Counted from the stretch's first letter, positions 1-14,599 are shown. The stretch: DNA of 64,000 nucleotides from Antedon mediterranea (GCF_964355755.1 NC_092670.1:6500201-6564200), one strand, 5' to 3'. Notes: generated by a model from the letters alone, not told the origin. Made by a program: numbers and translations.

Positions 1-50
1 ACTGACGTTAATTACATTTATTTTAATTAGAAAATAAATTATAAGAAATT

Positions 51-240
51 GCAATCGATCGCGTGTTAAGTTATTTCATATACAGGAGTTTCTAAATTTG
101 GTAATTCGGATCGAAACGGCACACTCTCGTCCATGCTTACCTTAAGTGAAAGAGCAATCGATCGCGTGCTAAAGTTATTTCCGATACAAGAGTTTCTAAA
201 TTTCGTAATTCGGATCGAAACAGCACACTCTCGTCCATAT
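51..240. repeat. Two diverged direct copies of an ~85 bp sequence (period ~103 bp)
   Basis: gcaatcgatcgcgtg...tttctaaatt..gtaattcggatcgaaac.gcacactctcgtccat occurs at ~51-135 and again at ~154-240. Confidence 0.8.
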
Positions 241-1707
241 ACGTACTAATTATTTATAAAATAACGAGGCTGATTGTCAATGTTTTATTCCAGCTATCTA
301 GGATTTAGAAATCTTATTCTTGAAGAAAATAACAAGATCTGTTGTCACAAACAACTAGAATTATAGATTGTACAATTTCACTAAAATACTTGTTGTGATC
401 AATATTTTGAAACTTAAAACTTTTACATTTGTTCATTAGAACATAAACCCAGTTAAAGGAATTTTGGAACCTTTTGACCTTTTGACCTTTTGACCTTAAG
501 CTTAACCACTTACATTGAATGGATTTTACGAATAATATATCATCACGTTTATTGCATATTCCGTGGACCTCCTGTCACAAAATTCCGTTATTTTTAATCT
601 ACAGGTAGTAGGCCTAAACTATGATTTATTTGTAATTAGTATAAATTAAAAGAGAGATACCTAAATAAAGGAAATAGATTATAATTATTTCAATAATTTC
701 TGCACATTGCTTTCAAATATATGGGTTTTATCAGGTAAAATCAAAGCAGGAACATAGAGTTATAATTAAATTAAACAAAAAACACAAGGACACAATTTTG
801 TTACACATTGTCTTTAATTATTTTAAGGGTATTAAATTAAAACAAATATTGTTTAGGTTTTTATGCAACTGAGCGCCACGACGATTAAAAAAATACTGTA
901 TTTAGTAAGATATGAATTCCGTATGAACAAACATTTAATAGCCATCAAATGAATATTGTTGAATCAAATATTTTTTTAAAAGAAAGTATGGTTATATAGG
1001 CTATAGGTAGGTGTCCAAAAATGTCTAAATATAAATCATTCCATATTTCAAAGGTCAGTTTTTCTCGACAGCAGTGGAATACGTTTCGTAATAAAATATT
1101 TCTGGGTAGGACTGGTTTTATAAGCATGGATCTAACTAAACTTTGTAAACGAGTTAAATTGAAAGGAGAGGTTTAGTAACATGACAAAATAAACACAAGA
1201 GTAAAAGTTTTTTTTTTCTCTTTTGTGGTTAACCACCACCTTTATTCATTCAATATTTCATACATATTTCGTTCACATTTCATTTTCATACATTACATTT
1301 CCGTTTTCTACTTTTTTCGTTTTTTTCTGATTTTTACTCTTTTAACCTTTATACATTATAGTGTTTTGATTATATGCATACAAAAACCATAACAATCTAC
1401 ACTTCATTTTGTACGTGATATAATACTGTACATTTTAAAATACAAATATGGATGCCACTTATAAGTTACAACATGCCTAGTGTATTCATATCTTTTAAAA
1501 TAGATTTAAACTGAATCCAGGGATTCTGGCATACAGGTTTTTTAAGTTCAGTTTTAATTTTAATTATGTATATGACGTACACAGCTATTGGATACAATTG
1601 ATTTTTTAATTCCTAACAGGAGTTCTTTGAACAAGCTACTGCTGTTATCTAGCTTTTTAAATATATTGTCAATTTTTTTTCCACAGTATTTGATTACGTC
1701 TACAATA

Positions 1708-4700
1708 GGCTAGTCAATCTAGCATTTTGAGTGAAACAAATTGCAAACAGAGATTTTTTTTTTTTAAATGGTTACATATGATAAGGTGATTATTTTTTGA
1801 GCATCACACCTCTGACACTCATCTCGAAGGTATGCAAATTAGCTTAAATATGCAAATTAGGGTGAAATTACAGGGTTACCATATCTTAAAAACTACTAAT
1901 CGTAGAGAGTTCATTTTTGCACAGTCTGGTTCAGAATATATACATCTATATTTGCTCTAATGAGACATTTTACATAAAAATGTCCGGAAGTACCAAATTT
2001 TGACCCTTGACCCCATTTCTCAATATTTACATAAATATGTGATTAAAATGTCTGTAGAGACTTTATTTTGGACTCAATGACTTGGATATTGTTTTTCAAT
2101 ACCCACCATAGAACTGTATTATAATTCCTAAAATCACAACTTCGTCATGCACCTCGAAAGTATGCAAATTAGTAGTACAAGTAATATTAAATATGCAAAT
2201 TAGGGAGTGAAATTACAGCGTTGCCATATCTCAAAAACCGCTAATGCTAGATTGTTGATTTTTTCACTAAAATATTTAAAATGTATATATTTATATTTGC
2301 TGTAATGAGACATTTTACAAAAAAATTCCGGGAACTATGACATTTGACCCTCGATCCCATTTCTCAATATTGCATATATAATGAAAACTAAAATGTCTGT
2401 AGAGACTTTGTTTTGCCCTCAAATGACTCGGATACAGGTTTCTAATAGCCAACATAGAAATGTTTAGTAAATCTCAAAATCACACCTGTATCACTCACCT
2501 TCAAAGTATGCAAATTATTAGTACAAGTTACATGAAATATGCAAATTAAGGGGTGAAATTACAGGTTCCTATATGTATCGAAAACCGCTAAGGTAGAGAT
2601 TTGATTTTTTCAAAAATTTGTTCAGAATGTACATATTTATATTTGCTCTAATGAAACATTTTACGAAAAAATGACCGGAAATACAACAATTGACCCTTGA
2701 CCCTATTTATCAATGTTTGCATACATAATGTGACTAAAATGTCTGTAGATAACTTTTTTGGACTCAAATGACTCGGATACAGTTTTCCTTTTGTCAGCAT
2801 AGGACCGCTTTGTAATTCCCAAAATCACATCTTTGTCACATACCTTGAAAGTATGCAAATTATTAGTACAAGTTACATGAAATATGCAAATTAGGGGTGA
2901 AATTACAGTCTTCCCATATCTCGAAAACCATTAATGCTAGAGAGTTGATTTGAATTCAGAGTTGATTCAGAATGTACATATTATTTATATTCGCTGTAAT
3001 GAAACATTTTACGCAAAAATTGTCATGATTGAATTATGACATTTGACCCTTGACCCTATTTCTCAATATTTTCATATAATTCAAATAAAATATCTGTACA
3101 GACTGTTTTGGCCTCAAATGACTCAGATACAGCTTTTCTATAGCCAGCATAGAACTGTTAGTAATTCTCAAAATCACACCTTTGTTACTTCCCTAGAAAA
3201 TATGCAAATTAGTAGTACAAGAGGTGAAAGTTGCCATATCTCTATCGGTATTAGCGTTTTTCGAGATACGTAAGGCTGTAATTTGCATATTTCATATAAC
3301 TTGTACTAATAATTTGCATACTTTTGAGTTGCTTGACTTTTTGGAATTACTAAACGATCCTATACTGGCTATATCAAACCTGTATCCAAGTCATTTGAGG
3401 CCAAAACAAAGTCTGTACATACATTTTAGTTACATTATATGCAAATATTGAGAAATAGGTTCGAGGGTCAAATGTCATACTTTCGATAATTTTTTTTTCA
3501 ATAATGACCCAGATACAGGTTTTCTATAGCCAGCATAGAACTGTTTAGTAATTCTCAAAATCACACCTCTGTTACTTCGCTCGAAAGTATGCAAATCAGT
3601 AGTACTAGAAAGTTGCCATATCTCTCTCTCTCTCTCGGTCATTAGCGTTTTCGAGATACATAAGGCAATTCACTGTAATTTGCATATTTCATATAGCTTG
3701 TACTACTAATTTGCATCCTTTCGAGGTGCTTGACTTATACTGGCTATATAAAACCTGTATCCGAGTCATTTGAGGCTAAAACAATGTCTGTACATACATT
3801 TTAGTTGCATTATGCAAATATTGAGAAATAATAATAATAATATCCTGGATTTATATAGCGCCTAATGTTGTGAAACCTCTAAGCGCTGTACATAAATTAA
3901 TACGAAAAAAGGGAATTCCAACCATGCCAAAATGAAGGCGTGATTTTGGGAATTACAAAGCGGTCCTATGCTGACTATAGGAAACATGTATCCGAGTTAT
4001 TTGAGTCCAAAACAAAGTCTCTACAGACATTTTAGTCGCATTATATATGCAAACATTGATAAATGGGGTCAAGGGTCAATTGTTGTATTTCCGGTCATTT
4101 TTTTGTAAAATGTTTCATTAGAGTAAATATAAATATGTACATTCTGAACAAGTTATTGAAAAATCAACTCTCTAGCCTTAGTGGTTTTCGATATATAGGA
4201 ACCTTTAACTTCACCCTCTAATTTGCATATTTCATGTAACTTGTACTAATAATTTGCATACTTTGGAGGTGAGTGATACAGGTGTGATTTTGAGATCTAC
4301 TAAACAGTCCTATGTTGGCTATTAGAAACCTGTATCGGAGTCATTTGAGGGCAAAACAAAGTCTCTACAGACATTTTAGTTTCATTTATATATGCAATAT
4401 TGAGAAATGGGGTCGAGGGTCAAATGTCATACTTCCGGTCAATTTTTTGTAAAATGTTTCATTGGAGCAAATAGAAATATGTACATTTTGAATACGACTG
4501 TGAAAAAATCAGCTCTCTAGCATTAGTGGTTTTTGAGATATAGGACAACTGTAATTTTCCCCCCTTATTTGCATATTTTATTTAAATTGTACTACTAATT
4601 TGCATACTTTCGAGGTGTGTGACAACGGTGTGATTTTGGGAATTACAAAGTGATCCTATGCTGGTTATTAAGAACCTATGTCTGGGTCATTTGAGGGCAA

Positions 4701-5071
4701 AATAAAGTCTCTACAGACATTTTAGTCACATTGTATATGCAAACATTGGGAAATGGGGTCGAAGGTCAAATGTTGTACTTCCGGTCATTTTTTCGTAAAA
4801 TGTTTCATTAGAGTAAATATAAATATATACATTTTGAATAGATCAGTGAAAATATCAACTCTCTCGGACTAGTAGTTTTTGAGATATGGTAACCCTGTAA
4901 TTTCACCCTAATTTGCATATTTAAGCTAATTTGCATATCATCGGGATGAGTGACAGAGGTGTGATGCTCAAATTTTGATCTCCTCATCATATATGACCAT
5001 TTAAAAAAGAAAAATCTCTGTTTGCAATTTTTTTCACTTTGGGCTGTTTTTTTTTGCTAGATTGACTAGCC
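1708..5071. mobile_element. Non-autonomous foldback-type DNA element: long terminal inverted arms built from ~340 bp tandem units
   Basis: Starts ggctagtcaatctagca (1708) and ends tgctagattgactagcc (5071), flanked by the direct repeat tacaata (1701-1707 and 5072-5078). Left arm has forward units (tatgcaaatt landmarks at ~1831, 2161, 2507, 2853, 3201); right arm has the same units reverse-complemented (~3940-4960). No transposase ORF. Confidence 0.85.
3828..3893 (-). mobile_element. 3' tail fragment of an L2-type LINE/SINE inserted in the foldback element
   Basis: Reverse complement reads tgtacagcgcttagag...aggcgctatataaatccaggatattattattattatt, the typical L2-family 3' stem-loop plus (TAT)n tail. 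Confidence 0.5.
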
Positions 5072-6665
5072 TACAATAATAAAACATATGTTTTTCGTCT
5101 TCAATGACTCCACAATTGTAACATATGTTATTATTTTTAAGTTTCTAGTTATACAGTTTTAGATTTGTAGGTACAATTCTATTTAGTAATTTGTAATTCA
5201 ATTGGCCAAATTTCTTAATTTTTTCTTTTTCAATTTTCTTTTCCAGACATCACACCACTTAATTATATTGTTGATATTGTATTCCAGATCCACATTCATA
5301 TATTGGTTCATATTTGGCACATTATGTTTAATTATACTTAGAGTAAAAGTTTGAATATGTTTAGCTGTTGTTGGGGGGGGGGGGGCTGCAAGGGGGTCCA
5401 TGTGCAAACCTTTAAAGCCTTCAAATCACTACCGTATCGTCTGCATAAAGCATTCTTTCCAGAAAAAAGAGTCCTAGTAGCCCTAAGTTTGGGACACCTC
5501 GTGAAATGTTAAAGATTTTTTATCTATGGCTGTAGTAAAACAAGAGAAGAAGAATTATTTATCTTCATCGTCATAAATTTCCACAATTATTTTGTTGATT
5601 AATCACGGTCCGAACTTGTCAAACAACAAAAGTATAGCAATGAACTAGCAGGCCCATACCACAATGAATTAGCAGCCCCATACCACAATTTAAGATACAA
5701 ATGATGAATGTTTGAGTTGAAAGATTGACTGTATAATAATACCTACATAATTCCTGTCATTTGATTGGATGGTAGGTCACATGACATGTATTAGTAGGCC
5801 TACGCACTATTTAACAATAGTTTGAACTATGGAATATTATATTTTTACTCGGCTGTCGCCTTTCATCATTCACCTCATGCCATTATTTGTACCATTCCAC
5901 TCACACACATTCATTATTTGTATGCTATTTCGCACGGCATTTCAGTTTGAAAAACGAGTTTAAAATCAAGGCTGAATATGGTAGATATAAAAACAATTAT
6001 AATCCCTTATGTAAATGAAATGAAAACACGAAGTAACGTAACCATATTGCATTCGCCGCAAAATCAGAATATCAGATAATACTATAAGATTAGAAAACAC
6101 AAACACCCACAATAAACAATAATAAAGATATAAATCTTACGAAGCATAACAATATTTTTATGAAAATATTATTATTCGTCTTAAAAACAAAATTGTAAAA
6201 ATGAGATTCTCTTGGAAAAAAGGTTGTTTCAATCAGTATGAGTACATTAATATAGCCACCTACGTAAGAAGTTAATTGTTGGGAGACGCCCATTCTCTAC
6301 AACTAAAAGTGAAAGATATTAAGGCAGTTTTAAGCCTATCACTATTAAACATTGTTTTCAGATTTTAAATTATATTGTATTATCCTTGTGGAAAACATGT
6401 TACTAGCACTACACTTTAGGTAAGCCTAGCAACATTATCAATCAGTTGTTATAGCACACCTCCACAGATGTAATAGTTTTTACAGTGTGGTTAGACCATA
6501 ACATACAGCAGTACCGGTACAGATTAGTACAAAAAGACCTGAACAAATGATGTTTTGTTTCTTTGTTTAATTGTTTCAATATGGTATTTAAATCTTCTTA
6601 AAATTTATATAATGTACACTTATTAAATAAAAAGTGTGTCGATGCATGCAACCAACGCAATCTAT

Positions 6666-7020
6666 GAGTCAAATGGCCAAGCGGTTAAGGCAGGGGCGCC
6701 GTTTACCGTACCTAAAGAGCCAACAACATCGGCAAGGGTTCGAGGCCGACTCGCTCCTAGTTCTGGTGGTGGAACAAGTCTTCTCGGATAAGAACTATAA
6801 ATCGTAGGTCCAGTGTACACAGTTATAACCTGTGTGCACTTTAAAGAACCCAGTTCATTATTCGAAAAGAGTAGGAGGTTACCCCGGTGAACTGGTTCAC
6901 AAAATAGCCCCTGTATCAGGGGGATTACCACCTATCTCATAGGACAGTGATTAATTCACTATTGGTAATCCTTGGCCACATTGCCTAAAGACATAAAATA
7001 AATAAATAAAAATAAATAAA
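6666..7020 (+). mobile_element. tRNA-headed SINE with Deu/Nin-type central core, copy 1
   Basis: Pol III A-box tggccaagcgg and B-box ggttcgaggcc; core ggataagaactataaatcgtaggtcc...gtgcactttaaagaaccc...gagtaggaggttaccccggtg; (taaa)n tail. Head and core are shared with the copy at 18453. Confidence 0.75.
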
Positions 7021-8879
7021 AACAACAGGACACTGAGCCCGTGTTGTCAATATAGAAACTCGTAACAGTCCTTTGATCTTAATGTATGGCTGCGACAAAT
7101 ACCAAAGTTCTGTACACTACGTACATATTCTCCGAGGCGCGCAGTGTCTGTTAAGGGGCGTGGAACTGATTTTGTCACAGCCACAGCAGATCAAACCGAA
7201 GATCAAACAACTTTTAGCAACACGCATTGAATCATTTGATCTTAACGCTACATGAATGAATCTAATCAAGGATTATCGTTACGTGTATTTTCCAAAAAAA
7301 AAAAAACAACCCCAAAACTTCGCTATATATCTCGGATTCTTAATGATGTATTTTTTCTCCTGAATATGCAATTTTAGTATCACATAATAATTATCCACTT
7401 TCAAGTTTATATATGTGACATTAAGATGGCACATTCAACAAAAATATTTGAAACATTCTTCTCAGATATAATATATCTTTAAGTTAATATAATGTAAAGA
7501 TCCAAAAACAGTAGGAAAACATCACATTAATTTGTTTAACATTAATATATATTTTTTTTAGGTATATTTATTCATAAAAAGACATCAAAATACAACGGCA
7601 GCCAAAAGGCTGAAAAGTAGTATTTTACAAAATTTGATAAAAATATATAAATACATTATGTATAAAAGGTAAAACTAGTTTTAAAAAATTAACACATTAA
7701 AATTGGTCCACCTGTAAGTTAAAATAGTGCCAGCCTATTCAATATTCATCATTAATGAGTCGGACTAAAAAAGAGACTGGTGAAGATCTAAATCTTTCTG
7801 TACGACCAAACGGGATTTCGAGTAGAGGCTTAATAACAATTAGAAGTTTGATGTTGTTTATGGATTATTTTTACATCATTTCATATAACGTCTCGAAGAT
7901 GGTACCGTATAGCCGTACTTGGTAGAGAGGTTATTGATGTGTATGTGACGTCACATCCCGTCTTATGACGACTGATAGGCCGAAAACGCGACCGAAATTA
8001 CTGGAACCCTACCCTAGCCTACTAGGCCTTGACAGTAGTGATCCGTAGTACCATGGAACTATAATGGTAGTACTGTGTAGTATAGGCTAACACGTCTGGC
8101 TCTACGAGGCCTTCTTATGTTCATAGGATGGCTTTTTTGGGCGTCCGTCCCAATGTAGGCCTATGCCTATAGCTATGCCAGATTTCCCATTCCTGCAGGC
8201 CTATAGCCTATGTTCTAGTAGGGCGGCTAGTGGGTGTACCCTGGTAGATTCACCCCTGGTCGACTCGTACCCATGCCATACTTCCCACCCTAAACTCGTA
8301 CCAACCAAATAGTTGGTTGATTTCCCGCTAGACTAGTAGGCCAAGCCTAGCTACAATATTCATTATGCCCTGCTGAAAAGGTAGATGAGCTACTAAACTA
8401 ATTACGTAATTCGTTTAATCAATAACAATAATTGACTAGAAGACCTAAAAGCGGCGGAAAACACCTAGGCCTATCTATTCTTGCATGGCAGTACGAAAAC
8501 ATGCCTATGGTTGTACATCATTTTAAATTGTCAACAGACACTGTGATACAGGACAGTGTTTTAAAAGTACAGCATTTATGCAGACAGCAACGTGTATGAC
8601 TTGCTATAGTTTTACAGATACCACCTATTGACAGTAACAGAATCGGGTGTCAGAAAACAATTTTGGTTGTGCTTTGCCATTGCGATTCCCATTTTTCGTT
8701 ATCGTCAATCCATACTCATCGTGAGAGGCGCCCTATCTCGAATCTTTGCTACAGTGTTATTGCTTACTCAGTTTATATTGTACAGCAAGAATTCAGGGAC
8801 GTCATCGTCGTTGTTCGACAACACTCATTTGCACGTCGCAGAATAGAGCATTTGACGCGAATGTTGGTAAGTTTCACAT

Positions 8880-9025
8880 TTATTTACAAACAGCTCAGTT
8901 TATTACAAACTGCAACAGCTCAGTTTACTACAAACTACGACAGCTCAGTTCATTACAAAGTGCGACAGGTATGAGAAATTTCGACAACGTTGTTACAAAG
9001 TGCGACGATTATTACAAAGTGTGAC
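8880..9025. repeat. ~25 bp minisatellite (attacaaa.tgcgacagctcagttt)
   Basis: About 4 tandem units plus shorter ttacaaagtgcgac derivatives; likely the subterminal repeats of a non-autonomous element. Confidence 0.7.
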
Positions 9026-10268
9026 ATAACCAGCGTTCTAGTGGATTTTGAAAAATAGTTTTGTCAATGGTTATGGTACATTTTCCAAATGGACATATTC
9101 CAACTGTCCCTCTGTTGGCATAATTGTTCCGCTTGTTGATGTTGTGTTCAAAAATTTCCCCCCTTATTTGTTATATTGCTATTTGAAATAATTTCCCTTG
9201 AAAAAAGGTTAAATATATTTAACTAACAAAAGTGTAACTGCCAGCAAATTGGGGTATGGTTGAATTGAACCGTTTTTGTTTTTTTTTGTGAAAACATTTT
9301 TTATCCTGCGGAAGTGATTAACTTCCGTGGAATTATCTGCAGGATATTAAAAATCAGATTTTACAATATTTTTCTTTCTTCAACATTTTTTAATTTCATT
9401 TCCACAACAAATTCCTGTGCTCAATGAACACAAATTTTATAAATCTTAATATTTCATGTTTTTGGGGTTGTTTGGTTGTTGTTGATTTGGCATACATGTT
9501 GTATCGAATGTATAGGGGGGATTGAGCTGACTTCTATTTGACAGACTTTTTCTTTTTCTTTTCTTTTTTCTTCAGATGTATACATTTTTTGATGGGCTTG
9601 AAAATCAAAATTCATAAAGATAAAAAAAACAAAAAACAATAGGCCACATTGAAACTTGTAGCAATGTTGGGCCCATTGGCTAAAATACTAATTGATAATC
9701 ATTATGCCTACTCTACAATCAATCATTATATATATTAATATTTACTACCTTTTAAAAAAAAAGGCAGATTCTTTTTTATTACTATAAATATTACAAACAA
9801 CAAAATATATAAAAAAAATATGAAGGCTATTTTGACATCGGTTGCCACACCCCCTTATAATGAAAATATGGTTGGGTCGCCTCTTAATTCTTCTATTTTA
9901 TGTCATAGGACAAATGTCTACCACATTTGGTGCCTTTATCAAAAAGTGAACGATCGACGTGACTTGTTTTTTAAAAGTTTTTTTAAGAACCCCTACTATA
10001 CAGTTAACAATGAAACTCTAACGTAATCCAGTGTTTATACTGAAAGTTGGGCTGGGACGGTGTAGTGGGGTTTAAAAAGGACCGAGATTGAATCACCCTG
10101 GGAATAGTTTTCTAGTGTTAATACGGCACACAATCGAAATCAAAATCGTAATATTATTGTGTACTGTAAGTGTAATGTAATGAAAACAATATTGTATATA
10201 ATTATGTATAGGACCTATGTTTTATTTTTGTACTTAACAGGTGTTCCGCCATTGAAGATTTTAGGAAA

Positions 10269-13200
10269 ATGATGAAATATAAAAGGACAACTTTGTTTTG
10301 CTTGATTGGTTTTGTTTCTGTAGTTCTATGGGTTGTAAGTGTTTTTTTAAATTAACATTATTACCTATAGTAGGCCTACGGGTAAATTTTTTCCAACATT
10401 ATATTCCAAAATGTTACAAATAGTAACTATAGGCCTAAACTGATTTAATGGCCAATCATAATTAGGCCTCTAACAATTATTAAAAAAAGAAACACCATTG
10501 CTGGGGCTGAGGTGGTACGATTTAGTGAATATGTTGTAATTGTCTGGAAATTTCATTGTAGCAATATTTAAATGTTTAAAAAAGTAAATAAATTGATGTT
10601 CTGGCTAAATGAATTTAAATTTAGAATAATGATGATTGAACGCGGAAAATATCCGATGTCTTTTTCTGATTCCCAAACATGTCATGTCATAGAGAACGAT
10701 TGCATTGTGTTTCTCCCGCCGCCGTGATAATAGGGAGCGGCAGTGTACGACCCACAAAAGTCATCCTTCCCAGGAAACGCTTAGTCGGACAAAACGCGTT
10801 GCCTGTTCAACGGTCCGCGGAAGTTTATTTGTATCCGTATAATCCGATCCGCCGCACTGTAAAGTTCACGCTTGGTTGCGCTTCGCACACTGCCACATTG
10901 CCTGTTTCGAGGGCTCCCTATTAACATGGAAACCTCTAAAATATTGTCATGGAAAATAAAAACTAATTCTAGTTGTTTGGAATGCTTTCATATTTTAAGA
11001 ATAGAAGAATGGTAGCATTGTCAGTGAAAAGCACCTATGCGTCTACATCTTTAAACCGACCACCAGTACCGATGATTCATTATAATATAGTGCAGAGTAC
11101 AAGAATAACAGATCAAGTGGGAATTGTCAATACATTATCGTCAGCTATAAAACGAACGACCGTTCCTGCAGTTCCTGTAGTAGCAGATAATGTAGGAATG
11201 ATAAATGCATCAACATCTTCAGTTCGTTTGATGAATCCTGATAGGTCTATCAATGTTGGTGACTACTTTAGTGTTATAATAGATGCTCGAGACAGCAATG
11301 GTAATAATCGTACAAAAGGAGGCGATTTAATCTTTGCAAATATAAGAAGTAAGAAAGCAAGTACCACTGGAAAGGTAAAAGACTTCAACAATGGAACATA
11401 TGAAGTGATTTTCTTTGCTGGTTGGCAAGGAGTTGTTACTACTGAGATTATTCTAGAACATCCATCAGAGGCAGTAGATTACATCGAACAGGAATTGTGG
11501 CCAATGGAAGAAAGAGCTACGTGGTTAGCTAATTACCAAGTATCTAAAGTCGCGGAAATAAGAAATTGCAGATTTCATGTTGGTGTTTTACTTGATAAAT
11601 GTAATTACAGCCAACCATTGGCAATGGGAAACGCCACTTTCTATTGCGATAAACCAAACCACATATCTTGCGATTCGTTGAGCTGGATTTCAATTGGCCA
11701 AAAAATCATTGTAGCAAAATTTCAGAAAATGTATGGTTATCATCAAACACTTTTTGCTGAGTAAGTATTATATTATCCTTTTTATAAAAACACTTCATAA
11801 CACATAAAGAAGTATCTTAGATTATATCAAAGAATATATATCACAAGAATGAGTATTCCGCGATTTTTGCACGAGAAATTTGTAACAGAGAGCTCCAGTG
11901 AGTGATGCCCGCCCTCATAAGGGCGGATGTATACATACTAAATAAGACTTGATTTAATAGATATTATACATGTCACATTAAATAGAATTATGATAATAGT
12001 TTTTGCAATTGTAAACTATTTTATAATACATATTTATTAACAAACTAGTGTACATTCACTTTTACAGACAATTATTTACTAACATGCTAAGTTAGTTCAC
12101 AAAAAAGGCCTAACACAGCAACACCAAAATCAACGAATCGTTACTCAGCACGGCCTATTCTTTACCATTGCCGTGTACTACTCTACGCCCGGTAAATTAA
12201 GTATTGTTTTTATGATATCAATTAGTATAAAATACATATTATTAATAGGACAAAATGTTAAATGTTATTAACATTTATTTGTTTTACCAGAAACAAGTTA
12301 AATATAGGAATATTATTAAACTATCCTTCGTGAAAACGCGTAAACAGCAACACGCCCGCTCACGCTATCGTAGCGTCCGGTTGATAAAGCAAACTGTTTA
12401 TACGGCAGTTTTTACTAAATAAATTGCATAAAACGAACAATTAAATATCCAAATAGTATTTAACATGATGTTGGCATGTAGTTGATAACATTTTTTATCA
12501 TGAAAATACTCACCGGTGGTCCAGCCTTTGATTAGTGAAACCGTCACAAAAAGTTGTATACATCCCAGATACATCCACACTTATGGCGGCGCCCTACCAC
12601 ATGGACAATATTACTGTTACAGGGAAAATCGCGGATTACTCATTCTTGTGATATATATTCTTTGATTATATGTATAGCCTATTTAATAATGCAATATAAA
12701 TTTGAGAACATTACAGTCACGTGCTTTGTTACTAATAATTTATGGTGCATACGAATACCCAGTTGACTAGTTTCAGTCGCATGAAATTGGCTCCTCACTC
12801 GAAATATTTTAGTATTCATTTATGGAAATTTAAGGAAAAACCAAAATTACCTCTTTTTTATTGGTTGATTCGAAATTCATATTGCATACCAATCCGTCCC
12901 ATTTAGCATCGACGTCTTTCTTATAAGACGTTTGCGAAGTATGGGTTTTACAAGTTAGTTTACGGACAAAAATCGAAACGGCTAATGGAACGTAAACAAG
13001 ACCAACTACCGACTTGGTGAAAATGTAATGATGAGGTGGTACTTTCATATTCGCGACAAACAACCACCCGGAATTTGTCATTATAACCATTACGTCTGAA
13101 TCAGGAACAATAAAAGCACTCCGAGTGTACATACCTCCGCCTATTGTAAAATTCCTGTGCAATTGTCCAATTTCAGTTTACTTTACGTTAAGACTGCTCA

Positions 13201-14599
13201 GTACCAGCCAGCTTTTGAAAATGTTTTCCTATCTTTTAACACTAGCAGATCTGAAAATAATAATAAAAAGTGTTCTAGAATTAGGATTCTGCTCTAGACT
13301 GCCTCCAAAATTTAATGGAGTGGTCCTCGACTACATTGTAGTACAGATCTGGCAATAATTGTAAATTGTAATTTCGCTTTTCCCTGGTTTAATCAAAAGC
13401 TGTTTTAATCGTCAATAATGTGGAACGTTCTGCTTAATATGCAGATGTCCTAACCATTAGACCACTGGGGCTTTCATGGTATTGTCAATACATCCTATTT
13501 TTCTTCTTCAAAACATTTGCACAGTACTTAACAATAAAACATTACTTCCCAATAGGTCTTTAGTAAGCCAACGACTGACCAATACTATAACAATCAACAT
13601 CGGAAATAACGGTAAGTATTGTTTATTTTTGTTTAGGCCTAGGCCTTAAACCATTATCGTTAACCAGATTCATAACTTAAGATAAACGACATTCATTAGC
13701 TGTAAACAACTTGATAGAACAATAGAAAACTATTTATTCGTGGTATATTTGTATATATAATATTTGTTGAAACCTATAATAGAACACATCAATTAATACA
13801 ATATATTATTAATATATAATAATTTTCTATTTCAGGTAAAAAACCAGCGCCAATTTCAAATATTTCATGCACGTCAGATTTGCCAATACATAGTATTAGC
13901 AATGGATACTGGATTGGAAACATCTGGTATTCTTTAAAGTGTAAAACTAAGCAGTGGACAAAACCCGAAATAATGCAATGCATTCAAGGAAAGCACATCA
14001 TATTATTGGGTGATTCCACAACAAGGCAATGGACTGAGGGACTGTTGAAAATAATGGATGTTACAAAAAGCAAATATACGACTAAACCCAATTCTATGCA
14101 CATTCAACATCATAGTGAGAACATGACTCTGGACTTTTATTTTAATCCGTACATGGTTAGCAAAGCTAAAACCGTTTTCAGAGTTGGGAAATGGGAATAC
14201 GAAGTTCTGGACAATCTTAACTTCAGTTCGTGTAATTACGTCATTGTGGCGAGTCCATGGGCTCACTATAGTCAATGGACAAAAAATAGTGTTATTGAAA
14301 GGCTGCAATTGTTGCGAGAAACGCTATTAAGGTTTAAGAAGCGGTGTCCCCACGCGCCAGTAATGGTGAAAACACCGCACCCACGGGAACATGGCACGTG
14401 GGATATATTTTTTAAGAGTAATCGACTCCTTTTAGACATATATAATCTTTATCTAAATATGTTCTCAGGATTAGGTATACATATCATTGACATCTGGGAT
14501 ATGAACGTAGCACACCCTGCAAACTTTATACACATGCCTATGCCAGTTATTTATCAAGAGCTTTATATGATGTTTTCGCATATATGCCCAGTAAATTGA
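10269..14599 (+). CDS. NXPE: NXPE-family (neurexophilin/PC-esterase domain) type II membrane protein, 557 aa, 4 coding exons
   Basis: Exons 10269-10334 (MMKYKRTTLFCLIGFVSVVLWV signal anchor, gtaagt donor), 10973-11760 (Ig/filamin-like region ARDSNGNNRTKGGDL...GKVKDFNNGTYEV...LEHPSEAV), 13556-13611 and 13836-14599 (ILLGDSTTRQW, C-terminal IHMP). Phases 0/2/1 are consistent and the total of 1674 nt is an open frame. Symbol is family level only; the paralogue is not assignable. Confidence 0.9.
10731..10920. mobile_element. MITE in NXPE intron 1 (possibly PIF/Harbinger- or ISL2EU-related)
   Basis: GC-richer 190 bp island bounded by inverted repeats taatagggagc ... gctccctatta. Confidence 0.55.
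13420..13490 (-). mobile_element. tRNA-like repeat fragment, second copy at ~33030-33150
   Basis: Reverse strand accatgaaagccccagtggtctaatggttaggacatctgcata... matches the reverse strand of 33075-33145; A-box-like tggtctaatgg; no complete cloverleaf. Confidence 0.5.

Noticed and set aside
860-1680. Possible very old minus-strand LINE remnants (ORF 945-1127 faintly resembles the post-RT region of CR1)
   Set aside because: No diagnostic RT motif is recognisable; too degenerate to call without a search.
1800-4990. CRISPR-like or coding interpretation of the repeats and their short ORFs
   Set aside because: Units are ~340 bp, fully repeated without unique spacers, and there are no cas genes; the ORFs are incidental.
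6666-6760. Functional tRNA genes (also at 18453, 13420 and 33075)
   Set aside because: A/B boxes are present but there is no convincing cloverleaf, and they run into SINE body sequence.
7880-9024. GC-richer patch with overlapping ORFs and many (t)aggcct(a) palindromes
   Set aside because: The ORFs overlap a minisatellite and lack motifs. The palindrome is scattered across the whole window, and enrichment could not be tested.
12291-13358. Alternative NXPE exon or nested gene in intron 2
   Set aside because: The 13556-13611 exon already joins both flanks in frame; the intronic ORFs have no recognisable motifs and look repeat-derived.
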